A stretch of 64,000 bases of DNA from Deltaproteobacteria bacterium. GTDB taxonomy: Bacteria > Myxococcota_A > Polyangia > Polyangiales > Ga0077539. The stretch spans positions 4,479 through 68,478 of the forward strand of contig JACRDB010000023.1 of the NCBI GenBank assembly GCA_016218725.1, read 5' to 3'. Below are positions 9,370-19,545 of this stretch, in pieces. The translations under genes and the position numbers were made by a program. Under the pieces are notes generated by a model that had not been told where the DNA came from, made no database searches, and worked only from the letters and a program-made list of their open reading frames with translations. The stretch's first letter is position 1; the number at the start of each line of letters is the position of its first letter.

Positions 9370-10575
9370 CTACCGTGGGGGTGCAGGTAGCTGGATGGGA
9401 AAGCCCTGGGGCAGGGGGATGGGGATCGGGAGGCCGGGGATGGTGCCCGCCTGGGGGCGGATGTTGTTGCGCCAGTTGTTGGCGGCGGCCTGGACCCAGG
9501 GGATGCGCAGGGCGGGCGGGGGGTGCGTCCGCATGATCCCGAGGAGGAGCGTGTCCACGCCCAGGCGGGTCAGGTGGCCGAAGAAGTCCAGGCTCATCAG
9601 CGCGCCCTCTTCGTTCCAGCGGCCACCCTGGCGGCGCGAGCCCGCGTCCAGCACGTTGGTCACGCCCCAGGTGTCGGACTCGAGCTCCAGGGGCTGGTTG
9701 AAGAGCGGCACGGTGTTGGAGAGCACCCGCACCACCTCCTCGGGGGTGACCTCCTGGTCGCTGGCGGGGGTGCCGTTGGCGCAGCCCGTGTGGCCCCGGT
9801 AGTGGTGGGCCAGCTCGTGCCCGAGCACGAAGCCCACCTGCTCGTCGAAGAGCAGCCTCTGCCTGGCGAGCTTGCGCGCGTCCAGCGCCAGGGGCATCGG
9901 GATCACCCCGGGCCCGAGGCCCTGCACCGGCTGCTGCCTGCGCACGTTGGTCGCGGTGTTGGTGTAGTACTGCTCCTGGACCCGCTGGCCCGAGAGGTCG
10001 TCGTAGGCCTTTGCTTCCGCCGCCGCGCCGGAGAGCGTCAGGAGCGCCGAGGTGATCAGCATGAAGGCCCGGCGCCCGCGGGTGCAGCCCGCCGCGGCGT
10101 TGACCTCCCTGGGGCTCTCGGCCACCCGGAGAGGGATGCCCTGGATCTTGGCCCGGTCCTCGGCCGAGAGGTTCTGCACCAGCTCCGAGAACACCTGGAA
10201 GGTCTCCTGCCGGAGGAAGGCCTGGGTCATGGTGCCGGTGTTGTCGTAGGACCCCGCCGGGGCCGGGGCGATGCTCGCGTAGTCCACCGGGGCGTTGGGC
10301 GAGCCGTTGTTGTTGGTCCCCCCCGGAGGGTTCCCGATGGGGAACGGGATCGGGAGCTGCCCCAGGCCCGGGATCTGGATCTGCGGGTTGTTGTTGGGGT
10401 TGTTGTTGGTGGGTGTGTTCGTGGGGGTGTTCGTGGGCGGGGTCTGCGTGGCCGGGGGCGGGTCCCGGTCCCGGGTCTCGTCACGGATCCGGTCCACGAT
10501 CCGTTGGCACCCGGCGGCGCCGAGGCAAAGAATCATCGCGAGGGCCGCCGCGCGGCGGGGAGTGGGCGTCTTCAA
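9370..10575 (-). CDS. M48-family zinc metallopeptidase-like lipoprotein
   Basis: Signal/lipobox MKTPTPRRAAALAMILCLGAAGC, a low-complexity PTNTPTNTPTNNNPNNNP tract, and an HExxH motif (GFVLGHELAHHYRGH). Confidence 0.7.
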   Translation of the reverse strand: MKTPTPRRAAALAMILCLGAAGCQRIVDRIRDETRDRDPPPATQTPPTNTPTNTPTNNNPNNNPQIQIPGLGQLPIPFPIGNPPGGTNNNGSPNAPVDYASIAPAPAGSYDNTGTMTQAFLRQETFQVFSELVQNLSAEDRAKIQGIPLRVAESPREVNAAAGCTRGRRAFMLITSALLTLSGAAAEAKAYDDLSGQRVQEQYYTNTATNVRRQQPVQGLGPGVIPMPLALDARKLARQRLLFDEQVGFVLGHELAHHYRGHTGCANGTPASDQEVTPEEVVRVLSNTVPLFNQPLELESDTWGVTNVLDAGSRRQGGRWNEEGALMSLDFFGHLTRLGVDTLLLGIMRTHPPPALRIPWVQAAANNWRNNIRPQAGTIPGLPIPIPLPQGFPIQLPAPPR

Positions 10576-10645
10576 GGCTGTGTCGCTCCCGGTGAGGGCT
10601 CCGGCGGATCGTACGCCAGACCTACGCCGGGAGGCTACGCGGCCG

Positions 10646-12427
10646 TCAACGCTTCAGGAGCTTGCTGAAGAAGCCCGTGATCTTCCCCTCGACGCTGGCC
10701 TGCTCCCGGCGCTGGTGGGCCCGCAGCTCCGCCAGGCGCACCTCCCGCTGGGCCTCCAGGTGCTGGGGGTTGGCCTCCAGCGCGCTCTTGAAGAACGCGT
10801 AGGACCGCTTGTCGTTCCGGTGCTTGAGCATCAACCCCATGAGGTAGAACGCCCGGTCGTTGTCCTCGGTGCCACGGATCACCGCCGCGCAGTGCCTGAG
10901 CGCCTCGTCGTAGTTCTCCTCGGGCTTCGACTCGAAGAGGCACTGGGCCAGCATCAAGAGCGCCGACATGTCGTCCGGCGAGAGCTCCACCACCCTGCGC
11001 AGGAGCCGCTCGGCCTCCACGTAGTCCTTGCGCTTGAGCGCCACCTCCCCCCGGTGCACGTCATGGACCGTGTCCAGCACCGCCGCGACCTTCTTGTCCG
11101 CCGCGGGCGTGCCGCCACCGCCGTGCATGCTCTCCTCGTACTGCTCCCGGGCCTTGGGGTCCGTCAGCGTCGCGTGGGCCGCGTTGTAGTGCGAGAAGAT
11201 CTCCGTGTAGAGCGCCCGCAGCTCCGCCCCCTGCGCCCGGTCCGGGTGCCACGGCGTCGCGATTTTTGTGAACGCCTGACGGATGTCCTCCGTGGTCGCG
11301 CTCAGCGGCACCCCGAACATCTCCAGGTAGTTCTGGTGCTCCATCTGCCCGAGGTGCCTCAGGGCCTCCTGCACCTTCGGGTCGTTCTTGGCGCCCCCGG
11401 GGTCGGAGGGCACCCCGGAGGCCCTGCCATGGTCTACTGGAGTTGACACAGGCGTCGGCGGAGGCCCGTTTTGTGGCTTTGCCTGCACCACCGGTGTGGC
11501 CGGTGGAGTTGGCGGCGCAGGCGCCGGCGAGGGCGGCGTCTGGCGGTGCGCGGGCACCGGCGGCGGGGTGGGCGGCGTGGCCCTCGCCGGCGCGGGCGAC
11601 GGGGCCGAGGGGAGCACCGAGGCCCTGGGGTCTTCGTACTCCGGCGCGGCGCCGTCGGGCGCGGGGGCCAGGGACACCACCTCGATCTGCCGGGTGAGCG
11701 CCAGGAGGTACACCATGGCCCGGATGGTGTCCGCGTTGCCCGCCAGGCCCGCGAGCTGACCGATGCCGCTCGGGGCCGTGCGCAGCTGCGTGGCCGCGAG
11801 GCCCAGCTCGGCGCCGAACTCGAAGCGGTCGAACTCGTTGACCTCCTTCAGGCGCAGGGCGCGCTGGCCGATCTTGTTTATCACCGGGGCCACGGCGGCG
11901 TCGTCCGGGGGGTGCGCCAGGAGGCCCCTCCAGACGATCGGGAGCACGTCCTCCGGGATGCGCACGCGGTCGGCCCCGTCCAGGAGGTCGCTCTTGGCGA
12001 AGTACTCGTAGGTCCCGTCGCTCATGCCGAAGAGGGCCAGGACCTTGCGGCGGGTCTGCTCGCGCAGGGCCTTGTCCAGGGTGACCGGGTCGCACGCGCG
12101 GAGGCGCAGGAGCGTGGGGATCTCCTCGGCGCCGGGCTTCTCCAGCGCGTCCTGGACCTGCTTGAACTTGGCCTCGGTGAGGGCCCCGAGCTCCCGCAGG
12201 ACCCAGGCCAGCGTGTCGTTGGTCCGCGGGAGCCTCACGGCGGCGATCAAGCCGCCCTCGACCACCAGCACGCTCTCCCCCGCCACGTCGAGCACCGCGC
12301 GCAGCTCCGGGTCCTCCGGCTCGATCCGGATCACGAAGGAACCCGTGAGCTTCTTCTCCCGGGTATAGAGCAGCACGTTGTGAAACGGCGTCTTTCGGAA
12401 GTTGCCGCTGGTGGTCGGTTCAGCCAT
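10646..12427 (-). CDS. J-domain (DnaJ-like) protein with N-terminal DUF4388-like region, Pro-rich linker and C-terminal TPR-like repeats
   Basis: J-domain with HPD: NYLEMFGVPLSATTEDIRQAFTKIATPWHPDRAQG. The N-terminus FRKTPFHNVLLYTREKKLTGSF is typical of myxobacterial DUF4388 proteins (from memory). Confidence 0.8.
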   Translation of the reverse strand: MAEPTTSGNFRKTPFHNVLLYTREKKLTGSFVIRIEPEDPELRAVLDVAGESVLVVEGGLIAAVRLPRTNDTLAWVLRELGALTEAKFKQVQDALEKPGAEEIPTLLRLRACDPVTLDKALREQTRRKVLALFGMSDGTYEYFAKSDLLDGADRVRIPEDVLPIVWRGLLAHPPDDAAVAPVINKIGQRALRLKEVNEFDRFEFGAELGLAATQLRTAPSGIGQLAGLAGNADTIRAMVYLLALTRQIEVVSLAPAPDGAAPEYEDPRASVLPSAPSPAPARATPPTPPPVPAHRQTPPSPAPAPPTPPATPVVQAKPQNGPPPTPVSTPVDHGRASGVPSDPGGAKNDPKVQEALRHLGQMEHQNYLEMFGVPLSATTEDIRQAFTKIATPWHPDRAQGAELRALYTEIFSHYNAAHATLTDPKAREQYEESMHGGGGTPAADKKVAAVLDTVHDVHRGEVALKRKDYVEAERLLRRVVELSPDDMSALLMLAQCLFESKPEENYDEALRHCAAVIRGTEDNDRAFYLMGLMLKHRNDKRSYAFFKSALEANPQHLEAQREVRLAELRAHQRREQASVEGKITGFFSKLLKR

Positions 12428-12493
12428 GAGCGCCCTTCGTGGGTCCGGTCGTGAGTGTATACCCCTTCCGCGCCCCCAACGGGAGCCCCGACT

Positions 12494-14149
12494 TCAAACC
12501 GCGCGCCAGGTGGTCCCCTGCGGGCTGTCCCGGACCTCGATGCCCAGGGAGACCAGCTCCGCCCGAAGCGCGTCGGCCCGGGCGAAGTCCTTGGAAGCAC
12601 GCGCGTTTTCCCGCTGCGTCACGAGCCCCTGGACCTGCCCCTCGACGAGGCCCCGGGCCTTGAGCCTCCGGGCCGTCACCCGCCGGAAGAAGCCCTCCGG
12701 GGGCAGCTCCGCTACGCCCAGCACCCGGGAGACGTGCGCCATGGCCTCGCGGGCCGCCCGGAGGTCCCCGGGAGCGGGCTTCTTCACGTCGCAGAGCCGG
12801 TTGGCCCGCTCGAAGATCCGCGCCACGGGCTCCTGCGTGAGCCCGGTGTTCAAGTCGTCGTCCAGGGCGTCGTCGAAGTCCCGGCGGTGCTGGGCGAAGT
12901 GCTTCGCCTCGGCCCCCGCGGGGCCCTGCTCCCCCAGGAGCGCCGCCCTGGCCGCGAGCCGGACGTAGCTCTCGTGGAGGTACTCCACGCGCTTCTCGGC
13001 CTGCTCCAGCGCCGGGAGGTGCACGGCCCCGTCGCGCTCGGCCACCTCGAAGCCCAGGGGCGCCCGGTAGTGCGTCCCGAGGATCCAGTACCGCACCGCC
13101 TGGGGGTCCACCCGCGCGCAGAGGTTGCGCAGGACGAACACCTCCGCGAAGCGCACCTTGCGCGAAAAGAGCGCCTGGAGCGCGCGCTCTTCGTCCGTGA
13201 GCCCCCCGGCGTCCCGCTCCCGCGCCTGGAGCGCCTCCAGGCGCGCCCGGTCGCTCTTGGAGATCTTGCCCAGGTCCGGGTCGCGCTCCAGGAGCCCTCG
13301 GATGGTGCCGACGGTGGCCTCGTCGAAGTCCGCGTGGCCCAGCACGTCCAGCTCGATGAAGCCGTTGTGCATCCACGCCCGGGCGAAGGGCGCGCCGTGG
13401 ACGGGCTCGGACTGGGCGATCTCGTTCTCGTGGTGGGGGAACTTCAGGTCCATCCCGCCGCCGTGGAGGTCAAAGGCCGGCCCGAGGTGCTTGTGGGCCA
13501 TGGCCGAGCACTCGATGTGCCACCCGGGGCGCCCCTCGCCCCAGGGCGAGGCCCAGCGCACGCTCCCGGGCTCCCCCGGCCGGGAGGCCTTCCAGAGCGC
13601 GAAATCATGCTCGCTCCGCTTGCCCTCGCCGGCCTTCCCCCGGCCGAACTCTCCCTTCTGCCCGAGGGCCCCGCGCTTGGAGAGCTTTCCGTACTCCGGG
13701 AAGCGGGCGACGTCGTAGTACACGTCCCCGTCGGGGGTGCTGTAGGCCACCTCCCGCGCGACCAGGGCCTCGATGTGGGCGACGATCTCCGGGATGGTGT
13801 CCGAGACCCTGGGCTCGGCGTCCGGGGTGAGGCACCCCAGGGCGCGGATGTCCGCCCGGTACGCCTCCACGAAGCGCTCGGCCAGGGCCCTGGGGTCCTC
13901 TCCCGAGGCCTCCGCCGCGGCGATGATCTTGTCGTCCACGTCGGTGTAGTTGCGCACGTAGGTGACCTTGCGGCCCTGGGCCCGCAGGTGCCTGACCAGC
14001 GTGTCGAAGACCACCGCGGGCCGCGCGTTCCCCACGTGGATGAGCCCGTACACCGTGGGCCCGCAGACGTAGAGCGAGGTCTCCCCGGGCTTGCGCTCGG
14101 GCAACGGGATGCGCGCGTCGGTCAGGCTGTCATGCAGGTGGAAGCTCAT
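12494..14149 (-). CDS. cysS: Cysteine--tRNA ligase
   Basis: MSFHLHDSLT...LYVCGPTVYGLIHVGNARP (HIGH region), ...WHIECSAM..., and a KISKS (KMSKS-like) motif. Start at Met20 of ORF 12494..14206. Confidence 0.9.
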   Translation of the reverse strand: MSFHLHDSLTDARIPLPERKPGETSLYVCGPTVYGLIHVGNARPAVVFDTLVRHLRAQGRKVTYVRNYTDVDDKIIAAAEASGEDPRALAERFVEAYRADIRALGCLTPDAEPRVSDTIPEIVAHIEALVAREVAYSTPDGDVYYDVARFPEYGKLSKRGALGQKGEFGRGKAGEGKRSEHDFALWKASRPGEPGSVRWASPWGEGRPGWHIECSAMAHKHLGPAFDLHGGGMDLKFPHHENEIAQSEPVHGAPFARAWMHNGFIELDVLGHADFDEATVGTIRGLLERDPDLGKISKSDRARLEALQARERDAGGLTDEERALQALFSRKVRFAEVFVLRNLCARVDPQAVRYWILGTHYRAPLGFEVAERDGAVHLPALEQAEKRVEYLHESYVRLAARAALLGEQGPAGAEAKHFAQHRRDFDDALDDDLNTGLTQEPVARIFERANRLCDVKKPAPGDLRAAREAMAHVSRVLGVAELPPEGFFRRVTARRLKARGLVEGQVQGLVTQRENARASKDFARADALRAELVSLGIEVRDSPQGTTWRAV

Positions 14150-14204
14150 GGGAAGACCCTGTGGGGTAGCGCACGGACCCCACTCCCTGCAAGATGCCCC
14201 CCCC

Positions 14205-15476
14205 ATGAGAGTGCTGGAGCGAGGAACGGGAGACTACGACAACGCCCTCCGGGCCCTGGCGCGCCGGGGCGACGAGGACCTCCGCCGGGTGGAGCCCCAG
14301 GTGCGGGAGATCCTTGACGCCGTGGCCCGGGACGGGGACCGCGCCCTGCGCGCCCTGGCCGAGCGCTACGACGGCGGGGCCCCTACCCGCCTGGCCCTGG
14401 ACCGGGAGGACTGCGCCCGGGCCTTTGACGCTCTGGAGCCTGCGGCCGCGAGGGCCCTCTCGCACGCCGCGGCGCGCATCCGGGCCTTCCACGAAGCGCA
14501 GCGCGAGGAGGGCCTCACCTTCACCGACGGCGACGGGGTGACCCTGGGCTGGCGCTGCCGGCCCCTTGAGCGCTGCGGGGTCTACGCCCCAGGGGGCAAG
14601 GCCCGCTACCCCTCCAGCGTGCTCATGGCCGCGATCCCCGCCCGCGTGGCGGGCGTCCGGGAGGTTTTCCTGGCCACCCCGAGGCCCACCGCGCTCCTCC
14701 TGGCCGCGGCGCACCTGGCGGACGTGGACAGGGTCTTCGACGTGGGCGGCGCCCAGGCCGTGGGGGCCCTGGCGTACGGCACGGAGACCGTCCCCGCGGT
14801 GGACAAGATCGTCGGCCCAGGCAACCTCTACGTGGCCTGCGCCAAGAAGCTGGTGTTTGGCCGCGTGGCCGTGGACGGCATCGCGGGCCCCTCGGAGCTC
14901 CTGGTCGTGTGTGACGAGAGTGCAAGCGCCGACGTGGCCGCCGCGGACCTGCTCTCCCAGGCCGAGCACGACGAGGACGCCTACCCCCTGGCGGTGGTGC
15001 TCACGAGGGCCCAGGCGCAGTCCCTCGTGGCCTCCGTGGAGCGCAGGCTCCGGGCGCTGCCTCGGGAGGCGATCGCCCGGCGGAGCGTCGAGGCCCACGG
15101 GTATGTGTTTGTCACCGGCGACCGGGAGGAGGCCCTGCGGGTGGCCTCGCGGCTCGCCGTGGAGCATGTGTCTCTCCAGGTCTCGCGCCCCGAGGAGGCC
15201 CTGGAGGCCCTCGGGCCCGCGGGGGCGGTGTTCCTGGGGGGCCACACCCCAGAAGCGGCCGGGGACTACCTCGCGGGGCCGTCGCACGTGCTCCCGACGG
15301 GCGGCGCGGTGCGCTTTGGCTCGCCCCTCGGGGTGTACGATTTCGTCGTGCGCTCGTCGGTGATCCGGTACACGCCGGAGGCCCTGAGACACCACGCCGA
15401 GGACATCACGCTCCTGGCGCGACTGGAGGGCCTGGAGGGCCACGCCCTCGCCGTGGAGGCGCGCACCCGGGGGTGA
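14205..15476 (+). CDS. hisD: Histidinol dehydrogenase
   Basis: ...[17 protein letters not shown]..., ...[11 protein letters not shown]..., ...[11 protein letters not shown].... ATG at 14205, divergent from cysS with a 55-bp gap. Confidence 0.92.
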   Translation: MRVLERGTGDYDNALRALARRGDEDLRRVEPQVREILDAVARDGDRALRALAERYDGGAPTRLALDREDCARAFDALEPAAARALSHAAARIRAFHEAQREEGLTFTDGDGVTLGWRCRPLERCGVYAPGGKARYPSSVLMAAIPARVAGVREVFLATPRPTALLLAAAHLADVDRVFDVGGAQAVGALAYGTETVPAVDKIVGPGNLYVACAKKLVFGRVAVDGIAGPSELLVVCDESASADVAAADLLSQAEHDEDAYPLAVVLTRAQAQSLVASVERRLRALPREAIARRSVEAHGYVFVTGDREEALRVASRLAVEHVSLQVSRPEEALEALGPAGAVFLGGHTPEAAGDYLAGPSHVLPTGGAVRFGSPLGVYDFVVRSSVIRYTPEALRHHAEDITLLARLEGLEGHALAVEARTRG

Positions 15477-15741
15477 GGGGTCACCTGTTGAATCGCGCGA
15501 GAGTCCCCTCACAGCTCGACATGCCTGGCGGCGGGACGGAACGCGAGAGCGCGTGTGGAAGGCCCTCCACGACACTTTCGATTAACGCCTATGGGGGCCG
15601 GGGGGTGAGGTCGCGATCGGCGACCTTGGTTATCGGCAGACCCTCCGTTACTTCGCGAAGACATTTTTCGGCATGCTCCTGAACACGGACGGCCATACAG
15701 ACACCATGAGCTTATGGTGTCGAGCACAGGGAGGCCCGGTG

Positions 15742-17751
15742 ATGTCGGTAGTCGTCTCGTCCCGGTGGTGGGTGCCGTTCGCTTTGAGCTTCGCGCTCGC
15801 GGGTTGCGGTGGGTCCGTGACCGTCGGGCCGCCGCCGGACGCCGCGGAGGTAGGGCCAGACCTCGGGGTGACGGACGCCGGTAGCCCAGGGGAGGTCCCC
15901 GCCATGGACGCGCCGCCGGAGGAGGAGGCACCGCTGCCGGGGCGCCAGTGTCAGCGCGCCTCGGATTGCCCTCGGGGCTCCGGGAGCGTCCTGTGCGAGC
16001 TGGGCTACTGCGTACTGCTGAACAACGGGGAGTTCCGGCTGTGCGAGACCGCCAGCGCCTACGTCCGGGTGACGGACAACCCTGCCCACTGCGGCCGCTG
16101 CGGCAACGCCTGCGGGCCCCTGGAGTACTGCTCCGGTCGCGCCTGCGTCCCGTGCCCCGCGGGGAGCGGGCGGTGCGAGGTGAGCGGATTCCGCTGCGGG
16201 GTCAACCTCCGCACGGACCCGAGCAACTGCGGCACCTGCGCGCGCCGCTGCGGCCCGGAGGAGCAGTGCGCGGGTGGCGTGTGCGCGGCGTGTCCCGCGG
16301 GCTTCGGGCGGTGCCGCTCGGGGACGTGCATGTTTGACCTCCAGCGGGACCGTAGAAACTGCGGCGCCTGCGATCGAGAGTGCCGCGAGGGTGAGGGCTG
16401 CGTCGCCGGTGTCTGCGGCCCCTGCCCCGCAGGGACCGCGCTCTGCGGGACCGGGAACTGCCAGGACCTCCAGACAAGTCCCACGCACTGCGGCCGCTGC
16501 TGGAACGCCTGCGCCGACGGCTCGCCATGCGTGGGAGGGGTGTGCCAGGCCTGCCCCGCGGGCTCCGGGCGCTGCGGTGGGACCACCTGCCGCGACCTGT
16601 CGGCGGACCCGGACCACTGCGGGAGCTGCGAGACCCGCTGCGATCGCCTCCGCACCGCGCGCGTCCTGGGGATCGCCTGCGAGCGGGGGCGCTGCGTGGC
16701 GACCGCCTGCGCGCCGGGCACAGCGTCCTGCGGGGGCTCGCCGTGCGACACGGCGCTCGCGGTCAGCGAGGCCCACTGCGGCGCCTGCGGCCGGGCCTGC
16801 GGGCGGGACCAGCGGTGCGTGCTCGGGGTGTGCACAACCCTGCCCATCCGCCAGCGCTCGCCCATCTCGGCCACGTCGGTGACGTCCCGGCGGCCGACCT
16901 TCTGGTGGTTCCTCTCGCCCGGGGTCACCGGCGCCCGGGTGCAGCTCTGCGCCGCGCGGGACTGCGCCGTCGTCGAGGCTACCTGGGACGCCGTCGGGGA
17001 CCACCTGCGGGCGCCCACGGAGCTCACCGAGGGGAGGCATTTCTGGCGCCTCTTCGGGCGGCGGGGAGAGGCCGTGGACGCGACCCCGGGGCTCACCTGG
17101 GAGTTCGAGGTCCCGCCCACGCCGCAGGGCATCCGCGGCTTCGGCGGGCCCGACGCCGTCGGAGACGTGAACGGCGACGGCCTGGGCGACCTCGTGACCA
17201 GGGAGGGGATCTCCTACGGCACCCCCACGGGCTTCGTGCCACCGCCGAGGGCGCGCTTCGTGCCGCCGTCGTCGTGGACAAGCTACAGCGCGACCTGGCG
17301 CGTGAGCGCCACGGGCGACCTCGACGGCGATGGCCTGGGCGACTACGCCCACTGGCTCTGGGAGGTGTTCGGGGCGCCGGATGTCCACCTACGGAGGTCC
17401 GCCGGGCTGGTGCTCTCCACCGCGGAGCCCACGGCCCTCCTCTGGGAATTGACGCCCCAATCAGCGTGGGCATGGGGGGATGTCCGCGGTGAGGGGCGTA
17501 CGCAGTTCTTCACCTTGCGCCCCGACGTCCCCGGGCCCTCGTCCCTGGTGACCTCCAGCTGGTCGCCTTCCCTCACTATGACGACCACACCCTACCCGGA
17601 CTGCGGGTTCTTCTCGGCGGACCTTCGCTTCGAGGCGGCCGACTACGACGGCGACGGCTACGACGACCTGCGCGCGCGCTACGGTGGCTCCGCGAGTAGC
17701 ACCCTGCGCGGAGGCCCGATGGGCCTCGGGCCCCAGGTGTGCGCCCCGTAG
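15742..17751 (+). CDS. Lipoprotein with DxxHCGxCGxxC-type Cys repeats, an Ig-like module and FG-GAP repeats
   Basis: ATG at 15742 preceded by GGGAGG; signal MSVVVSSRWWVPFALSFALAGC. About 8 repeats such as TDPSNCGTCARRCGPEEQCAGGVCAAC, then FG-GAP motifs GDVNGDGLGDLV, GDLDGDGLGDYA and ADYDGDGYDDL. Confidence 0.75.
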   Translation: MSVVVSSRWWVPFALSFALAGCGGSVTVGPPPDAAEVGPDLGVTDAGSPGEVPAMDAPPEEEAPLPGRQCQRASDCPRGSGSVLCELGYCVLLNNGEFRLCETASAYVRVTDNPAHCGRCGNACGPLEYCSGRACVPCPAGSGRCEVSGFRCGVNLRTDPSNCGTCARRCGPEEQCAGGVCAACPAGFGRCRSGTCMFDLQRDRRNCGACDRECREGEGCVAGVCGPCPAGTALCGTGNCQDLQTSPTHCGRCWNACADGSPCVGGVCQACPAGSGRCGGTTCRDLSADPDHCGSCETRCDRLRTARVLGIACERGRCVATACAPGTASCGGSPCDTALAVSEAHCGACGRACGRDQRCVLGVCTTLPIRQRSPISATSVTSRRPTFWWFLSPGVTGARVQLCAARDCAVVEATWDAVGDHLRAPTELTEGRHFWRLFGRRGEAVDATPGLTWEFEVPPTPQGIRGFGGPDAVGDVNGDGLGDLVTREGISYGTPTGFVPPPRARFVPPSSWTSYSATWRVSATGDLDGDGLGDYAHWLWEVFGAPDVHLRRSAGLVLSTAEPTALLWELTPQSAWAWGDVRGEGRTQFFTLRPDVPGPSSLVTSSWSPSLTMTTTPYPDCGFFSADLRFEAADYDGDGYDDLRARYGGSASSTLRGGPMGLGPQVCAP

Positions 17752-17839
17752 GGGCTCCGGCGCGCCCCTGCGCCAGGGGGCCTGCGCCGCGGTCCGTCGG
17801 AGGTTCCTTCGGGGCGCGGAATGTGTGTAGACTGGGCCC

Positions 17840-19528
17840 GTGGCGATCGACCTGAGGGTGATCCTGGAGCTGGCGCGGAGCCTCCAGTGCGCGACGGATG
17901 TCCACGCCCTGGTCGTGGCGACCCGTGAGGCCGTGCGCTCGGTGACCCCATACCAGTCCGTCTGGCTGTTCTCCGAGGAGCCCGGAGCGCCTCGCAGGCT
18001 GCGCGCCCTGGCCGCCGTCGGCGACGTGAGCGAGCTCCTGTGGGAGCACGCCCCGGTGCTCTACGTCGAGGGCGACGCGATGCTGGTGGAGCTGTGCGCG
18101 ACGGACCAGCCCGTCGTGGTGGAGGACGCCGGCGCCGACCCCAGGACCGACAAGGCCATGGTCGCGCGCTTCGGCAACCGCACCATCGTGAACCTCCCGC
18201 TGTTCGTGGGCGATGAGCGGGTCGGCGCCTTCGGGACGGGCACCTTCGGCGACGAGGGCATCCGGCCGCCGACCGCCGACGAGCTCGAGCTGCTCCAGGT
18301 GTTCGGCGCCCAGCTCGCCGCGGCGCTGCAGCGCGTGCGGCTCCTGGAGGAGCACCGGACCGCCGCCCGGGAGCGCGACGCGCTGCGCCAGCGCATGGTC
18401 GCGGTGCAGCGCATCGAGAGCCTCGCGCTCCTGGCCGGCGGCGTGGCGCACGATTTCAACAACCTCCTCACGGTCATCTTGAGCAACCTGCGCTTCGCGC
18501 TGGAGGCGCCCCTCCCGGAGTCGCGACGCGAGGACCTCGTCGGCGCGCTGGAGGCGGCCCTGCGCGCGCGCGACGTGGCGCAGCAGCTCCTCGCGGTGGG
18601 CCGCGGGCGGGCGCTTCGCCCCGAGGCGCTGGACCTCAACGCCCGGTTGAGCCTCCTGACGTCGCTCCTGCGGCGGCTCCTGCCGGAGGGTGTGTCCATC
18701 ACCCTGACCCCGACCCAGACCGCGGCGACCGTCCTGGCCGACCCGACGCAGCTCGACCAGGTGTTCATGAACCTGTGCCTGAACGCCCGCGACGCGATGG
18801 AGGGAGGCGGGCGCCTCACCTTGACCACCGAGGTGCTGGAGCTCAACGGCGCCTTTGTCCGCGCCCACCCCTGGGGCCGCGCCGGGCGCTTCGTGCTGGT
18901 CACCGTCGCGGACACGGGGCGGGGGATGCCGCCGGAGGTGCTGGACCGGGTCTTCGAGCCGTTCTTCACGCACGGTCCCAAGGGCGGCACGGGCCTCGGG
19001 CTCGCGGTCACCCACGGCATCGTGCAGCAGCATGCCGGGATGATCCATTGCTACAGCGAGGTCGGCGTCGGCACGACGTTCCGGGTGTACCTCCCGCTCG
19101 CCGAGGGGGCCCGGCCCGCCCCCGCCCCGCCGCCCGAGGAGGCGGTCCCCCGCGGCAGCGAGCGGGTGCTCATCGCCGAGGACAACGTCGGCGTCCGGGA
19201 CGTGGCCAGGCGCATCCTGGAGCGCGCGGGCTATGTGGTCGAGACCGCGCCGGACGGCCTCCGCGCCATCGAGGCCGCCGCCCGCAGTCCCTTTGACCTC
19301 GTGCTCCTGGACGCCGTCATGCCGGGCGCGAGCGGGCGCGAGGCCTACGAGCGCATCCACGCCGCGAGGCCCGAGGCGGCCTTTGTCTTCGCCAGCGGCT
19401 ACCCCGCGGACATGCTCCCGCTGTCGTTCCTGCAGGATGCCGGGATCGAGTGGGTCGAGAAGCCCTACGACCCGGACCACCTCCTGCGGGTCATGCGTCG
19501 GGCCCTGAACGCCCGGCGCAGGGCCTGA
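17840..19528 (+). CDS. Hybrid sensor histidine kinase/response regulator (GAF + HisKA + HATPase + REC)
   Basis: H-box LLAGGVAHDFNNLLTVI; G-boxes VADTGRGMP and GTGLGLAV; receiver ERVLIAEDNVGVRD...FDLVLLDAVMPG. GTG start. Confidence 0.88.
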   Translation: MAIDLRVILELARSLQCATDVHALVVATREAVRSVTPYQSVWLFSEEPGAPRRLRALAAVGDVSELLWEHAPVLYVEGDAMLVELCATDQPVVVEDAGADPRTDKAMVARFGNRTIVNLPLFVGDERVGAFGTGTFGDEGIRPPTADELELLQVFGAQLAAALQRVRLLEEHRTAARERDALRQRMVAVQRIESLALLAGGVAHDFNNLLTVILSNLRFALEAPLPESRREDLVGALEAALRARDVAQQLLAVGRGRALRPEALDLNARLSLLTSLLRRLLPEGVSITLTPTQTAATVLADPTQLDQVFMNLCLNARDAMEGGGRLTLTTEVLELNGAFVRAHPWGRAGRFVLVTVADTGRGMPPEVLDRVFEPFFTHGPKGGTGLGLAVTHGIVQQHAGMIHCYSEVGVGTTFRVYLPLAEGARPAPAPPPEEAVPRGSERVLIAEDNVGVRDVARRILERAGYVVETAPDGLRAIEAAARSPFDLVLLDAVMPGASGREAYERIHAARPEAAFVFASGYPADMLPLSFLQDAGIEWVEKPYDPDHLLRVMRRALNARRRA

Positions 19529-19545
19529 GCGCGCACCGTAGGCCC

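Noticed and set aside
6812-9390. Long ORFs 6931..9390 (+, 819 aa), 7988..9259 (+), 6812..8491 (-) and 8460..9329 (+)
   Set aside because: They overlap the TauE gene and the Cys-module gene in other frames or strands. Their sequences are low-complexity (Arg/Pro/Ala or Gln/Pro/His) by-products of the TGC/AGC/GGC-rich repeat. The frame with a lipobox and regular Cys spacing is the credible one.
14197-14204. C8 tract immediately upstream of the hisD ATG, considered as a slippage switch
   Set aside because: It is short, lies in a 55-bp divergent housekeeping intergenic region, and I could not place it between promoter hexamers. This is likely just GC-rich sequence.
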